A DNA stretch of 64,000 nucleotides. Source: Entomortierella parvispora E1425 (lineage: Eukaryota > Fungi > Mortierellomycota). The DNA lies in assembly GCA_020891255.1 (NCBI GenBank), contig BQFW01000002.1, positions 3,596,001-3,660,000 on the forward strand. Direction: 5' to 3'. Positions 23,247-34,644 of this stretch are shown in pieces. The notes beneath the pieces were generated by a model, which was not told the origin of the DNA, did no database searches, and worked only from the letters and a program-made list of their open reading frames with translations. Made by a program: the position numbers and the translations under genes. Positions within the stretch are counted from its first letter, which is position 1; the number at the start of each line of letters is the position of its first letter.

Positions 23247-23841
23247 AGAGCATCTTTACCTGACGTTTGCGTCCTTGGACATGGCGACATGGATATCAGC
23301 CCAATCCTGGATATATTCAGCAGCATCACGACCTTCAATTGAGATGACATCACAATTCAGCAGATCTTGCTTGACACCGTTCAACCTTTGAAAGTACGGC
23401 GTAACCGAGTGGACCTTGAGAACGGTCCTGTCATTGCGGACGACGTGGCTCATAAAGATGCCCTGCTGCCATCGCCAGGCACGGAAGCAATCGGCATCGT
23501 AAGAGAGATGTCCATCGCGTGCTTTCCACATGATCTTTGTCAGTCCGTCATGGAACTCCCGGTCGGTCATTGAGCCCGTTGCAAGTTCTTCAAGCGAGGA
23601 TTCTTCATTGTGGGTCTTCTCCGGTTTTTTTTTGGTGTCCCTCTTGTGCTTCTTGCGAGGTGCCCCTTTACTGGCCTTGGGCCCGTCATCCTCCCCATCG
23701 TCCACATCGGTGATGTCCTCTTCTTGACCTTCACTCTCATCCTCTTGCTCCTGTTCTGCATCCTCCTCTGTATCATCTTCTTCGTCTCTACCGTCTGTTC
23801 CTGAGCCATCCTCTTTTCGCGTGTTGTCATCATCATCGTCA

Positions 23842-23872
<31 letters not shown>

Positions 23873-24785
23873 TCCTTGATGCATAGCCGCCACTCCTCTG
23901 CAGATGTTGATCCAACTCTATCATCAAGTCCACCGGTCGGAAACTCAACCAAGCAGTGTCTTCGCGGATGGGCGGATTGCTGACCAAATCCTCAAAGACG
24001 TAAAAGTTCCTCAAGAGATTCTTAATAGTCGAAACTGTATCCTGTCGAACCGATTTCGGGAATGGGAAGTTGGAGTCCATACACGCCTTGATGGTCTCAT
24101 AAGGCGCTGGTCCTCCCAATCCTTTGGAGGCAGCAACACAAGGGTCCTGGTTCCTGACTGGAGCACCTGATGCGTTGGGACGAGCAGCGCTTGGAGGGCG
24201 CACGTCATGACGGATGGGGGTGTAGCCCTCGGGACCTTGGGGTGGGGTAGGGCTAACACCATTGGGCTTCCTTGGAGACTTGCCTTGTCCACTCATCGAC
24301 TCTTTGGTTTTCGCAATACGATTATTAAGGTCCTTGTCCCATTCTGTTCCCTGTTCATCATCTCCATCCTCATCTTCTTCGTCTTCTTCGTCTTCCTCAT
24401 CTTCTTCGTCTTCTTCGTCTTCCTCATCTTCTTCGTCTTCCTCGTCTTCATCATCTTCTTCGTCTTCTTCGTCTTCGTCCTCCTTCTTGACACCTTTGGC
24501 CTTGTTGCTGGCAAGTGATTTGGAGGATGTGTCACGAAGACTTTCCAGTTGCTTCAATTGCTGAAGGTGTTGCAGTTCTTTAGGATGGAGATGAGCATCA
24601 CTGCGTCCAGTACTGTACACTGGGTTACGGGACGTCGGGTCCAGAAGAGCTTCTGCATGAATATCTTCGGCAGCATATCCAGCTACTTGATCTGCTTTTG
24701 CTTCGACCGCTTGAGTCAAATGAATGAGTGCAATCGCACTCGAGATGCAGACCACAAGAGGTGCTGAGAAAGTGGCCCACCGCAT
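20931..24785 (-). CDS. secreted peptidase S41 (tail-specific protease/CPAF-like) with acidic insertions, 3 or more exons
   Basis: Signal peptide MRWATFSAPLVVCISSAIALIHLTQAVEA; FHDGLTKIMWKARDGHLSY; SKDANV|RFNGALATPQY; LILDMSHNTGGY; ILTDGYCGSSCALI (position of the catalytic Ser). Confidence 0.88.
24361..24483. repeat. coding tandem repeat (9/27-nt units) encoding (DEE)n
   Basis: Repeated CCTCATCTTCTTCGTCTTCTTCGTCTT units within S41 exon 1. Confidence 0.9.
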
Positions 24786-25310
24786 GGAAACGTGGGTGAA
24801 GGGAAAGTCGAAAAAAATAAAAGAAAAAAAAAGATGATGCTGAGCTGAAGAAAAGAGGAGAGAGAATGTCCTTTGTCCCTGTTCTCGCTTTGAAAAGGAG
24901 AAGGGAGAGAGAAATCTTTTGACAAAGCTCCTCCTTTATTTCCCCTGCCTCTTTGGACTGACGAGGGTGCTAAAAGGGGTGGGTAGGTTGGAGATATCTG
25001 ACCGGGCCCACCGCCACATCTGGTTCAATTGATACCAAGACGAAAAGGTCATATACGTGCAGGTTCTTTATTGGAAATTCACCCAAAACATCTTGAGGAC
25101 GAACAATACAAAACCCTGGTGTGGTACTATGTAAGAACTCATTGGGCAATAACTAGCATGCCATCATCGACACGGTCATATGAAAATATCAGTATTCTTT
25201 TTTTTAGAAGGGAACTTGGATTGCGTTCGCTCATCCTTTTTATTCATACAATGAGGTTGTTGTTTTTGTCTTTCGATTTTCTCTCAATTCTTGGTATTTA
25301 AGAAAAATAC

Positions 25311-26661
25311 TTAGAACTGGAGGGCGTGGGGAGCCTGGCCCTTGGTAAGAGAGAACTTGGCAGACAAGTACTGGCGAAGGTGCTCGACCTTGTTGATGGC
25401 CTCAAGGATAACCTTGTCGGTGGACTTCTGGAGAGCGACCTTGTTCTCGGCAAGGGGCTCCTTCTTCTTCTCACCCTCGAAGAAAGCCTCCTCAGTGGCG
25501 GCCTTCTTGGCAGCCTTGGGGCGGGCGAAGTAGGCATCGTTCAACTGAGCATCAATCTGTCAAATGAAAAAAAAAGGAATCCATGATTAATTTGGTTGCT
25601 CCATTGCTTTCCTTGTTCCCATAACTCCTGAAGATGAAATGACTGAAGCTCCAGCACTCTAGTAAAGCAGATAGTCAACAGGCAAATAACAAATAAAAAG
25701 AAAAAATTACCTTGGAGGCATCGAGCTCAACCTTGGTGGAGGTGGCAACGACGTAGGCCTGGTTGACGCGCTTGAGGGGGACACCGTTGACCTTGAAGGG
25801 GCCGGAGACGAGCAACAAGCCAGACTCGAGCTGCTTCAAGAAGACGACGCGCTTGCCGCGGTAACGACCAGCCAAAAGGATGAGAACGGTACCGGGAACG
25901 ATGGAGCTGCGGAGCTTGGCAACACCAGCGTGCTTGCGGTTCTTCTTGGGGACAGCAACGTCCTCAGCGGCGTAGAAGCGGGGAGCCTTGGCGGCAGCGA
26001 TGACGCGGGAACCTCCGTTCTTGGCGCCCTTGACCTCAACGGTCTTGTTGGCGACAGCGGGGGCAGCGGCAACAGTGCCGGCGGGCTTGCGCTTGTACAA
26101 GGCGCGCTTGGCAATGACCTGCGAACGGCTGTACTTGGACACGCCGACGGTCAAGAAAGAGTTGCGGGGCTAAAGTGAAATAGAGCGATCAAATCGATAC
26201 TCCTGTTAAAAACAAGGCTCTTTCGTCTCTCTGATGGTATACGGGATACTGAATAGTAGTTTGCTCCCTTGCTCCCTTGCTCCTTTTGCTCCTATTATGT
26301 TGTCAATTTCCAATTCTCCAGGAATAAACTAAATTACGACTCCAATAAGGCGATATTCGATCCCGACTTCCATGCTTCTTGCAAAGAACTATGACAGAGA
26401 AAACTTCCTGTTCATATTCAAGCATCATGGCCCAAATGAAAAAATTGGAAAAGCAACATCTAGCCATCCGAATTTGCCAAAATCCAAGTCATAACTGAGA
26501 TGCCGTGCACTCTAACGTCGATCTGTTGCTTTTGCCATGATCCTTCATAACAAAGTGCCGTCTGCTGATCACTCTGTATCCTGGTTTGATCACTCCAGTC
26601 CATCCAGTGGGTATTCCATTAGAGCAAAGCACTCTATAACAGTGCATACCTTGTGAACCAT
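25311..26661 (-). CDS. RPL6: 60S ribosomal protein eL6, 3 exons
   Basis: Micro-exon ATG GTT CAC AAG (26661-26650), a 480-nt intron, then [16 protein letters not shown]...[48 protein letters not shown], an intron, and a last exon ending [19 protein letters not shown]. Confidence 0.97.
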
Positions 26662-26810
26662 TTCTGATATCTAAGATATGAAAGATCGATCAGAGTTGAT
26701 GTTAGAAGCTGGTCTGTTGAGCACTCGTGTGATGCTGTGGAGGAATAGGTTGTCGTTTTGGCTCTCTATGATGTCCAGTTTCTGATGTGTTTTCCTTATG
26801 AAGGGTCATC

Positions 26811-27366
26811 CTACTTGGATTCCCCTGATGTCGTCGTGAGCCACTGCATCCTGATGTATAAACCTCCCAAGAACTGATAAACCTGCCCCGAAGCAGTTTC
26901 CCTGCATCCTTGTCCACTCTTCAGTATGATGTCTGATTTCTCAAAGTCATGACTTTGCAAAAACAGAAGCATCATAGGTGATGTTGATGACGATGAGGTC
27001 GGAAGAGATGCCGAGGGCGAATCCTGGTCCGTGATATTATTTCCAAAAAGATGGTGCACTTTTTGAAGGGATTGGCCATGGTTGCCATAGCCTCCATGAC
27101 CAAAAAGCAGGATGCAGGAATAATTTTTTGAAGATAGTGTCTGGTTGAAGTCGGTCATAGGTCGAGTAAGGGTTGAGGATGGTGAAAGGATCGATATCGA
27201 TGGTCAGATCGATCGATGGATCAACGGATGGATCGGTTGCATCCAGATGGGTCCTTTGGACCATGACTCCCGCTGACTCTGATTCCTGAGCCTCTCCAGC
27301 TGCCCGAGGGGTGGAGGATGCCTGTGCTAGCACCGTGCAGAACCGTTCCAGACGCACTAAGTCCAT
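26811..27366 (-). pseudogene. possible frameshifted hypothetical ORF of about 185 codons
   Basis: ORFs 27366-27037 and 27158-26811 join into one frame (...LFLHPAF/GHGGYGNHG...) if one base is removed from the A5 run at 27102-27106. No homology was recognised. Confidence 0.25.
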
Positions 27367-28123
27367 GAGGAGTGACTGTGACTGCTTAATTTATATGGTT
27401 CACTGCATTACGTTTTGGCGAATCGAAAGGAAAGAGAGAACATGGCTGGCTGCGGGGCACAGGCGGGCTTTAACGGATGGGTGACCTATTTAAATGGAAG
27501 ATATCGATCACCGGTATTTTGCGATTACACGGGTTCATACATGGAAGCTGCATGTATCTCTGTGTGCTCTTGGCCTGAGAGCGAAGCGTCAGCTGCTTAG
27601 GTGTGCATCTTTACCGCTCTCTCTCTTCTCTCTCTCTCTCTCTCTCCTTCTCCTCTCCCTCTGTCTCTGTCTTTCCCTCTCTGCTGCAATGTGCAGCATG
27701 AAGAGCGATCCTCACTCCTCTTGCTGTGGTGTCTGCACAAGTCGCCTGTAGATCAATTGGCGACTGCAAGTGACGCCTTGTGAAAAGCAAACAAAAGGGT
27801 CGACAACGGTCGAGGATGCAGAGCAAGAAGAAAGCAGGGCAAAGCGGTTGTGCCACACAGACACGGACGAGCGCACGCACGTTTTGTCGGTCAACAGACA
27901 GTCCAGGCACTGACGGACCCCGATGACATCGTTTTGTGATCAGCCGTCCGTGAGGTTGTTGCCCTGTGTGTGTCTTGCTCTTTCTTTGTGCCCTGACCTG
28001 ACCGAGGTTCATTGTTTCTCCTTCCTTCATTTCCCACATTCCTTCTTTCCCGACCCTTCTTCCTTCCTTTCCTCTACCCCTTTCAGTTCCCTCTCCCCCC
28101 TCTCCCACAACGGCACGACAGAG

Positions 28124-29518
28124 ATGCGCATGCACGCTACTCTAGCCCTCATCCTGGGCACATCCCTGGTCGCCATTCCCTTCCTCATGGTCCGGGCTGA
28201 TCCCATTATCGACACCTGTCTTCAGACTGGATGCGCCACCGTCTTCTCCACTTTGGCGCCCTGTGGCGGTGGAGCGACCAACAGCACTCTCCAACAGGAC
28301 TACATCTATACCCCAACTCAATCCCTCGGTGGCTGTGAATGCAATTCTGTCTTTTACAATGCCTTTTCGTCCTGTCTTGCATGCATTGCTTCCCAAGGGG
28401 AGAGCAGCCCCGAGATCCAAAATCAACAAGACTGGGTTGGCGACTGTGAGAACTATGGATTCAACTTCACGGCCGAGCCCATTAACAACTCGACTAATCC
28501 CAGTACCAGCGACAATGACAACAACTCGAGTGGACTGAGTACAGGAGCCATCGTCGGTATCGTCATTGGTGCCATCGTTCTTATCGCTCTCATCGGCGGT
28601 GGTTTCTTCTTGAAAAGCCGCAGAGGAAAGAAGGAAAAGACTGAGCGATATGATGATCAGCCCACTGCTGCTCATGGTAACGGCTACCCTAATGAGTCAG
28701 GTCATGCAGGTGCCGCTGCCGCTGGAGCTGCCGGAGCTGCTGCTGTTGGTTCCCACGACTACCATAACCCGGATTATTCGGACACTTACGGGCAGCACCA
28801 AGGACAGGATGAATACTATAACAACCAACCTGCCGGCGGATTCGACAACAACTACATCGATCAGGGCGATTATCACAACAGCTACTATAGTGCACCAGGC
28901 CAGAACCAGCAAGATATGATGATGCACAACCTGAACATCTCAGAGAGCTACGTTCCACCTCCTCCAATTGACACCACCATCCGACCCGCTTCGCCTACTG
29001 CAGCTGCAGCTGCAGCCCTTGCAGCATCTCCGCGACCCTCTGATACGTTCCCTCAAAGTCTGCGAAGCAAGCCAGCTGGTTGGGGCAACAACAGCCGTCA
29101 GCAGGAAGTGACCTCGAGCCTCGTTTCGGACCCAATGCAGCGCAATGACAAGCAAGAGTTTGATGACGGTGAGCAATTAGAACAGCCTCGCGACCGTTAT
29201 GGCTTTGATCGGGAGAACTACTCTCCACGTGGATCCATGACACCACCTCGAGTCAACATGCAGTCTTATCGGGACGATTTCAATCGACCAAGCTTCGAGC
29301 GCGAACCTCGCCGGTCTGGTTCGGACCTAGGCTCTGTGACGGGACTGAACTTGGCTCGCGGTACCCCTGGAGGACTCTACGAAAACCACAATGGAAGCAC
29401 CGGTAATGGTATTGCCGATTATGATTCTCAAGGCGAAGATCTCCAGCAGAGCCCTGAATTGGCGCGGCGTCGTGCCCGAGCTGCGGAGCTGTTCTCTGCA
29501 GAAGGTACTCGTCGCTAA
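28124..29518 (+). CDS. single-pass type I membrane protein with an 8-Cys (CFEM-like) ectodomain
   Basis: Signal peptide MRMHATLALILGTSLVAIPFLMVRA; C-x4-C-x9-C-x23-CxC-x10-C-x2-C-x20-C; an S/T/N-rich stalk; TM AIVGIVIGAIVLIALIGGGFFL followed by KSRRGKK; a Tyr/Pro-rich tail. Confidence 0.85.
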   Translation: MRMHATLALILGTSLVAIPFLMVRADPIIDTCLQTGCATVFSTLAPCGGGATNSTLQQDYIYTPTQSLGGCECNSVFYNAFSSCLACIASQGESSPEIQNQQDWVGDCENYGFNFTAEPINNSTNPSTSDNDNNSSGLSTGAIVGIVIGAIVLIALIGGGFFLKSRRGKKEKTERYDDQPTAAHGNGYPNESGHAGAAAAGAAGAAAVGSHDYHNPDYSDTYGQHQGQDEYYNNQPAGGFDNNYIDQGDYHNSYYSAPGQNQQDMMMHNLNISESYVPPPPIDTTIRPASPTAAAAAALAASPRPSDTFPQSLRSKPAGWGNNSRQQEVTSSLVSDPMQRNDKQEFDDGEQLEQPRDRYGFDRENYSPRGSMTPPRVNMQSYRDDFNRPSFEREPRRSGSDLGSVTGLNLARGTPGGLYENHNGSTGNGIADYDSQGEDLQQSPELARRRARAAELFSAEGTRR

Positions 29519-29925
29519 TGTTGGGTACGACATCCAACAAGGAACAGGGTCGTGTGCTTTCTTTGGTGTTTCCCGTTAAATAGGGTAGAAAGCACTTCAA
29601 CAAACAGCAAACCGTTCTCCTTCCTCTCCTTTCTTCTCATCATAGTCTAATACCGTAGTCTTTTGCATTCCTTGACCAACCTATTAATAATTTCATTACT
29701 GCCCCTACAAATATCTATTGCATGCTCCATCTCTCTGTGTCAAATGTGTAAGAAACAGCCTCGAAGGTGTCGTTTGCCAAGTGTGTGAGCAGCTCAATTG
29801 GTCTTCACCTGTCAATAGCCTGACTTCCTGTCCTATCATTCTATGGTGTGGCCCAATGGGTGGCTTTTCTTTTTGCCCGGGTGGCGCCAACTTTGCCAAA
29901 AAAAAAAAAAGAAAAGATAGCTTGT

Positions 29926-31527
29926 CTACGAAGTTGACTTTTTGGCCTCTGCCTCAGCGGCGCGTTTTGCCTCATGTCGTTTCTGTTGCCTCTTGAGATA
30001 TTGTTGTGCAAGGTCGTTCTCCTGTTCTCCCTGCTTCTGGTCTTCCTGTGGTTGCCCGTGCAGCGCCTGTTGTTGCCCTTGCTTTTCTTGTTGTTTGGAT
30101 TGCCCTGATTGCCCCTGCGTTTTCTTTTTAGACTTGTTCGCTTTGGAAGAGGGTGAGTTTACCCGGTGTTCCTGACCAATTTGACAGCACTTGCCCCAGA
30201 ACAAGAGTTCGGCCACACTTCCAGTTTCACATGTTGTGGGGATATGGAGGACCCCAGCTCTGAACTCTCGACAGGTGGATTCACATTCATGTTTGAGCCT
30301 TAAACAAAACTCTGTGGGAGAAATGCTTCCTTGGATCGCGTCTGCACCCGAATGATGAAAGGCCCCCGGAGGGCCATCGTGCGCATCGTCATGATTGTGC
30401 TCCGAGGAAGGCGGAGGGTTACTGGCATCGTCTACTTTTGATTTCGACTTTGGCTTTGGTTTGGTGCCGCTGATTTTCTGAAGGTTGGACAGGACTCCTG
30501 GATCTGTTTTGAGGACCACTTGGTTAGGGGCGCGTTTTTTGGGCGTTTCAGAACTGTCGTCCTCGTCCTCATCATGGTCTTCGTCGTGGTGATCCTCATC
30601 ATGGTCGTCGTCATAGTCGTCGTCATGGTCATCGTCGTGGTCATCGTCGTCGTCGTCGTCGTGATGATCTCCATGTTCATCTTCGTCGTCGCTATGGGGG
30701 CCATCGTACCAGATAATATCATCGTACGCGTCATTGTCAGCATGGTCGTGTTCGTGAATGATATCGTCCTCGTGTCCAGTCTTTTTCTTTTTCTTCTTGG
30801 TCGTCTCCTTGGTTGCCTCCTTGGTTTTCTCCTTGGTTTTCTCCTTGGTGGTTTCCTTGGTCGCGTCTTTTGTCGCGTCTTTGGTTGCTACTTTGTCCGC
30901 TTCTTTGGGCGCTTCCTTGACAGACTCTTGTTTGTTGTCTTCTTGGACCTTGTCGCCGTCAGTGTTTACTCCAGCCTTTTCGTCCTTATCCTTGACACTC
31001 TTGTCGTCTGATTCAGCCGTTGGCGGGGGCATTTGCGAAGGAGGCGATTCGGCAGTGACGGCCTCAAGTAGGGCATCCACTCCTTTTCTCTTGGCCAAGA
31101 GTTTTTTTGCGGATTTGTTCTCGGCCTTGTCCTTTTCCTTGTCCCCTTCCTTTCCTTCAACCCATGCGTCAACCACTTCTTTGTCCTGTTTCTTGTTATC
31201 TTTGGATCCATCGGTCGTTTTGGCCTTCTTGTCCTGGTGGTCCTTTTTGGACTTTTCAAGAGAGGAGATGTCTTTGAGGGCCTCGAGAACTTTTTTCTGT
31301 TTCTTGATCGATTCCTGATCGTCGAGTTTGACGTCAGGTTTAGACCGAGAGAACAGAGAGAACCCGCTCTTTTGGGCGTGAGCAAAAAGAACCGGTCCGG
31401 AGGTAACCACCATTGACGAGGGATCGGCCGTGAAGAAGAAGGGGTCGAACCAGGTCGAGACCCTAGGATTGGAGAGGAGGATGAGCAGCAGCAGCAGTAG
31501 TGGCGCAGACCGACTGTGGGGTGCCAT
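29926..31527 (-). CDS. hypothetical secreted/membrane-anchored protein with Lys/Asp-rich and His/Asp-rich tracts and a small Cys domain
   Basis: Hydrophobic N-terminus [19 protein letters not shown]; KDAT/KETT/KEKT repeats; HDDDHDDDYDDDHDEDHH; FCLRLKHECESTC...TCETGSVAELLFWGKCC. Confidence 0.75.
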   Translation of the reverse strand: MAPHSRSAPLLLLLLILLSNPRVSTWFDPFFFTADPSSMVVTSGPVLFAHAQKSGFSLFSRSKPDVKLDDQESIKKQKKVLEALKDISSLEKSKKDHQDKKAKTTDGSKDNKKQDKEVVDAWVEGKEGDKEKDKAENKSAKKLLAKRKGVDALLEAVTAESPPSQMPPPTAESDDKSVKDKDEKAGVNTDGDKVQEDNKQESVKEAPKEADKVATKDATKDATKETTKEKTKEKTKEATKETTKKKKKKTGHEDDIIHEHDHADNDAYDDIIWYDGPHSDDEDEHGDHHDDDDDDDHDDDHDDDYDDDHDEDHHDEDHDEDEDDSSETPKKRAPNQVVLKTDPGVLSNLQKISGTKPKPKSKSKVDDASNPPPSSEHNHDDAHDGPPGAFHHSGADAIQGSISPTEFCLRLKHECESTCREFRAGVLHIPTTCETGSVAELLFWGKCCQIGQEHRVNSPSSKANKSKKKTQGQSGQSKQQEKQGQQQALHGQPQEDQKQGEQENDLAQQYLKRQQKRHEAKRAAEAEAKKSTS

Positions 31528-33682
31528 TTTCAGAAGGGAGGGCTCTTGGATGATGTGGTGAGAGCGTTGGTGGGTGGAGTGAAGAGAGAGAAAAAAAGAG
31601 AGAGAGAGGCAGACAGGGCAGACAGACAGACAGACAGAGAGAGAGAGAGAGAGTACGTGTGCGTGAAATGAGTCCGGTCAGGGTTGAGGAAAAGAGAAAA
31701 AAGAAGGGGGTGGGGACACCATTGCGACAGTACAAAAAAATGGAAAAGGAGTCCGTTGTGGCTCTGGTGGTAGAAGGCCCTTTTAATCCATAGACAGGGC
31801 AAGATGATCGAGAATCTGCTCCTGATATGAAGACAAAGGAAGGCGCCAGGTTGAACCTGCAGCTATGAAACGCGTGCGAGTGAGCACTGGCCGCAGCACT
31901 CAGTGCGGACACCCACACACACCCACACACACACAGAGAGTGAGAGAGAGAGTCGGATGCCAAAAAGACAGACTCCCACCGCAGCGATACCCGCGGCACG
32001 TACAGTTTCCAATTTCCTTATCTTACGTACACATGCGTGGTTGGTCGGATGTGTTTGGTCAGCGTCCCCCTCTCTCGCTGCCATTCTTTCTCATCATCGC
32101 TCTCATCATCATCCCCATCTGCGCTGTCTGTCTATCTCTGGCTGGCCTCACTCTTTTCTCTTCTCTTCTGTTCCCTTCCCTTCCCTTCGCTACTCCCGCC
32201 TCTCCCATCTCGCATTCATCTCTCCGCCTCTCCTCCTTCACCTCTCTTTCTTCCTCTCTCTAATCAAACGGGTGTACCTTCTTTTTCAGCACCTTCCATC
32301 ACCAACCTTCATCCCCCTTGTTTCAGCGCCGGTTCCTTGCAAACTCTGACCCTGAGCCTCGGAAAAACTGCCCAGAAACACCTCCAGGTAGAGACTCCGG
32401 ACCATTGCCAACAAACAAACCCGACACCCCTCACACGACGTTCATGATATCCAAACGACTGCTCTACATCCAGGATCCGCCGCCACCGACACCCCTCCGC
32501 GCACAGACTATGCACGCCACCCTCTAGCCCATCCTCTTCTTCCTCCTCCATGTCCTTTGTGTGCGCGCCACCAAAAGGGCAACCTTGTCCTCCACTCTCC
32601 AACTTCTTCCTCTTCCTCCACATCACACTGATCCCTTCCAACAAAAAAGAGCTTAGCGTGAGCGTGTTCCCCCTCGCACCAACAGCTTCTGCTCTACATC
32701 GTCATTGGGACGGATGATTCTATTCCCATCTCGGTCCATCACCGCGAACAACCTGTGGACTTTCGGAAAACAAACAACATGAGAAGACAACCACCCAGGG
32801 GAGGAGTTTGGCAATGCCTGGGCCTTTGTGCACACCCAAAGCAGGGGTATTCGGGTTGTTTGTCCACTGCGGTGGTTGTGTCCACTCGCAGGTGACGGGA
32901 ACCTTTTTTTGTATTGGATGGCAACTAACATAACAAATCGTGTGGCCTCGCTTCGTTCTTTCTTTTATGCTTCGCGCCAATAGAACAGTACCAGTGCGGT
33001 ATCTTTGAACAGGTATGTTTGTTGCTTTCTTCCTTCCGCGTATGCCAATGGCGTGCGTTGACCACAATCTGGCTGTGCCAACTTGCGTGGTTTTCCTACC
33101 CCTTCCCATCTCTTTTTTTTTCTATCACTTGCTGTATCCACGAGAAAGTGGAGAGGATCTTCAACGTGTCTTTCCTTTGGGTTCTCCTCTCACTGGACGA
33201 TAGTGAATGAGGAGAGTGGCCCATTTCTGTTTTTTTTCAATGCCCCCGCGCGTTTTTTTTTGGGTCTATTCAACTCTTTTTCATCACAGTGGTGGCCCTC
33301 GGGGAGAGATGATCAGGTTGCATGAGATGAGCGAAATAGAGATTGAGAAAGAGGAAGAAAAGAGGGCTGACATGAGCCGGTGTTGTGCCACAAGATGAGA
33401 AATCGTTGGAACTTTTTTTTTTTTTTTGCAATGTTTTTTTTACTAGTGTGGTGAAAGTGTGGATATTGATCGACACGAGAACAGTCAGCAACGGTTTTCT
33501 TTCCCTCTTCTTCCCGTATCAGATGACAAATGGCAGAAAACAGGGGTCAATTGAGAGGTTGGAAGCAGGTGTAGAAACCAAGGGCCGAGATGTGGGCGTG
33601 GAGTTTGTTCTGCATGAATGAACGTCCCGTCTGTTCCAACGACCCATCAACAACAGAAGACAGTAAGAGCAAAGTATACACC

Positions 33683-33785
33683 ATGTGTGTGTGAATGTGT
33701 GTTTGTGTGTTTGTGTGTTTGTGTGTTTGTGTGTTTGTGTGTATGTGTGTATGTGTGTATTGTATGTGTGTGTATGTGTGTGTGT
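33683..33785. repeat. compound (GT)n/(GTGTGTTT)n microsatellite
   Basis: Directly visible in the long intergenic/5' region of CDC24. Confidence 0.9.
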
Positions 33786-34644
33786 CAGAAACTAGTGACA
33801 TTTGGAAGAGGGAGGGGAGGAGAGGAGGGAGGGAGAGAGAGAGATATGAACATGGTGTTATGAACACACAAAAGCCGCTGTGGTACCTGGCACGAACCCC
33901 ATTAGGCCAACCAGGGCCATTACCCGAGCAAGCCCTGGCCAGCGACAGGTGGTGATGATGGCGATGCTGGCGGAGGGGGAGCGGGCTCGTGTGATCCATT
34001 GGTGGTGGTCCCCTCCCCAGTTGCTGGGTGCAGTGCTGAGACCCCGGTTTGTTTGCCGTCGGACCCGGAGCCCAGTGTCCAGTTGTCCACAGTCGTTTTT
34101 TTTTTACGTTTTTTTATCGGCTCCCCTCTCCTTCCCAGCGCCCCATAGGTCCACTGGTGGTTGATTCTTATTTTTAGTGTGTGGGCGGACAGGCGGACAG
34201 ACAGACAGACAGACAGACAGACAGCATACTCTTTTTGCACCACTCCCGCACGTCTTTTTTTCTGGTCACTTCTCTCTCTCACTCTCACTCTCTCGCTCTC
34301 TCTCTCACTCTCTCTCTGTCCCCTTGTTCTCTCTCCTTCCCTCTTCGCTCCCTTGTCTCCTCTTTTCTTCCTCTTTCTTCTCTCTTTCTCTCATTCTCTC
34401 ATTCTCTCATCCATTGTTCTTCTTTTTGCCCTTGTTCATCAACCACGACTCTGTTCCTGTTTACATCCTCATTCACTCTTCCTTCCCTCACCCCACCATT
34501 TCAATCTCACCATCCCAATCTCGCAAACTAAAGCAAGCCTATTCTTACCATCCCTCCAAACCTTGGACCCTTAGGCCTGTCGGTGTAGCCTAGAAGGGAG
34601 CCCATTCTATCCACTTTTCCTCGTCTCACAACAAAAAGACCAAA

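Noticed and set aside
23530-24564. Antisense poly-Ser/poly-Phe ORFs opposite acidic tracts (also 30520-31318)
   Set aside because: They are stop-free shadows of GAY/GAR repeat codons on the coding strand.
26170-26649. 480-nt RPL6 intron as a possible snoRNA host
   Set aside because: No CTGA D box is present on the sense strand, and an H/ACA fold could not be supported by eye.
32510-32656. Signal-peptide-like MHATL*PILFFLLHVLC..., resembling the start of the 28124 gene
   Set aside because: There is a stop at codon 6 and no similarity beyond about 25 nt. CT-rich DNA readily gives hydrophobic translations.
31530-34640. Many 60-180 aa ORFs in the long divergent region before CDC24, and similarly at 38500-40750 and 54300-55560
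   Set aside because: These are translations of (CA)n, (CT)n and poly-T/A tracts, consistent with UTR and promoter DNA.
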